A DNA stretch of 64,000 bases from assembly GCF_011386835.1 (NCBI RefSeq), contig NC_088794.1, positions 57,722,001-57,786,000 of the forward strand, given 5' to 3'. Made by a program: the position numbers and the translations under genes. The notes under the pieces are model-generated. The model was not told where the DNA came from, did not search any database, and was given only the letters and a program-made list of their open reading frames with translations. Position 1 is the first letter of the stretch. The number at the start of each line of letters is the position of its first letter. The DNA comes from Chrysemys picta bellii. Its lineage: Eukaryota. Shown one piece after another: positions 63,726-64,000 of this stretch.

Positions 63726-63887
63726 AGCATTGGTTTGCTAAACCCAGGGTTGTGAGCTCAATCTTTGAGGGGGCCATTTAGGGCACTGGGGTAAAAATCT
63801 GTCTGGGGATTGGTCCTGCTTTGAGTGGGGGGTTGGACTAGATGATCTCCTGACGTCCCTTCCAATCCTGATATTCTATGATTCTAT
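63726..63887 (+). mobile_element. Turtle Pol III/SINE (tRNA-derived head + CR1 3' tail); 5' A box missing or degraded
   Basis: AGCATTGG...GCTAAACCCAGGGTTGTGAGCTCAATC head, then TGGTCCTGCTTTGAG...ATTCTATGATTCTAT, the same tail as the CR1 copies in this window. Confidence 0.88.
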
Positions 63888-64000
63888 CTAGCTCCCCTGC
63901 TCTCTCTCCCCACCCTCAGCCCTCCTCAACGGCGCAGGCTGGCAGAGCAGAGGGGCATGGCCAGGCCTTGGCAATGGCTCTCCGGAATAAATCAATGGGC

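Noticed and set aside
60400-64000. ALX3 exons expected downstream from mammalian synteny
   Set aside because: No homeobox or ALX3 C-terminal peptide in any frame I examined. The gene may lie beyond the window, so absence here does not show loss.

Overview
Vertebrate genomic DNA, most likely a cryptodiran turtle, judged from its repeat families (turtle CR1, a tRNA-head/CR1-tail SINE, Penelope-like termini, hAT and Harbinger MITEs). It holds two tandem + strand genes. AHCYL1 (IRBIT) exons 2-17 lie at 18854-32949; exon 1 is upstream of the window and the poly(A) signals are near 35300. STRIP1 (FAM40A) is complete: 21 exons at 40273-59297, 820 aa, CpG-island promoter. All introns are GT-AG and the exon phases join into open frames. 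The strongest non-coding signal is a set of three short Penelope-like insertions. Each has a 10-bp target-site duplication and each begins within 1-4 nt of a minimal hammerhead-ribozyme core. One is a perfect 96-bp inverted repeat with a hammerhead on each strand inside STRIP1 intron 5. Also notable: a twin TCTCGCGAGA (BANP/CGCG) inverted repeat in the STRIP1 promoter, a PU.1:IRF-type composite site in AHCYL1 intron 2, a strong CTCF-like site, an LF-SINE-like element, a solo LTR with an antisense CCAAT/TATA, and nested DNA transposons. Repeat family names and human-protein comparisons are from recalled sequences, not database searches.
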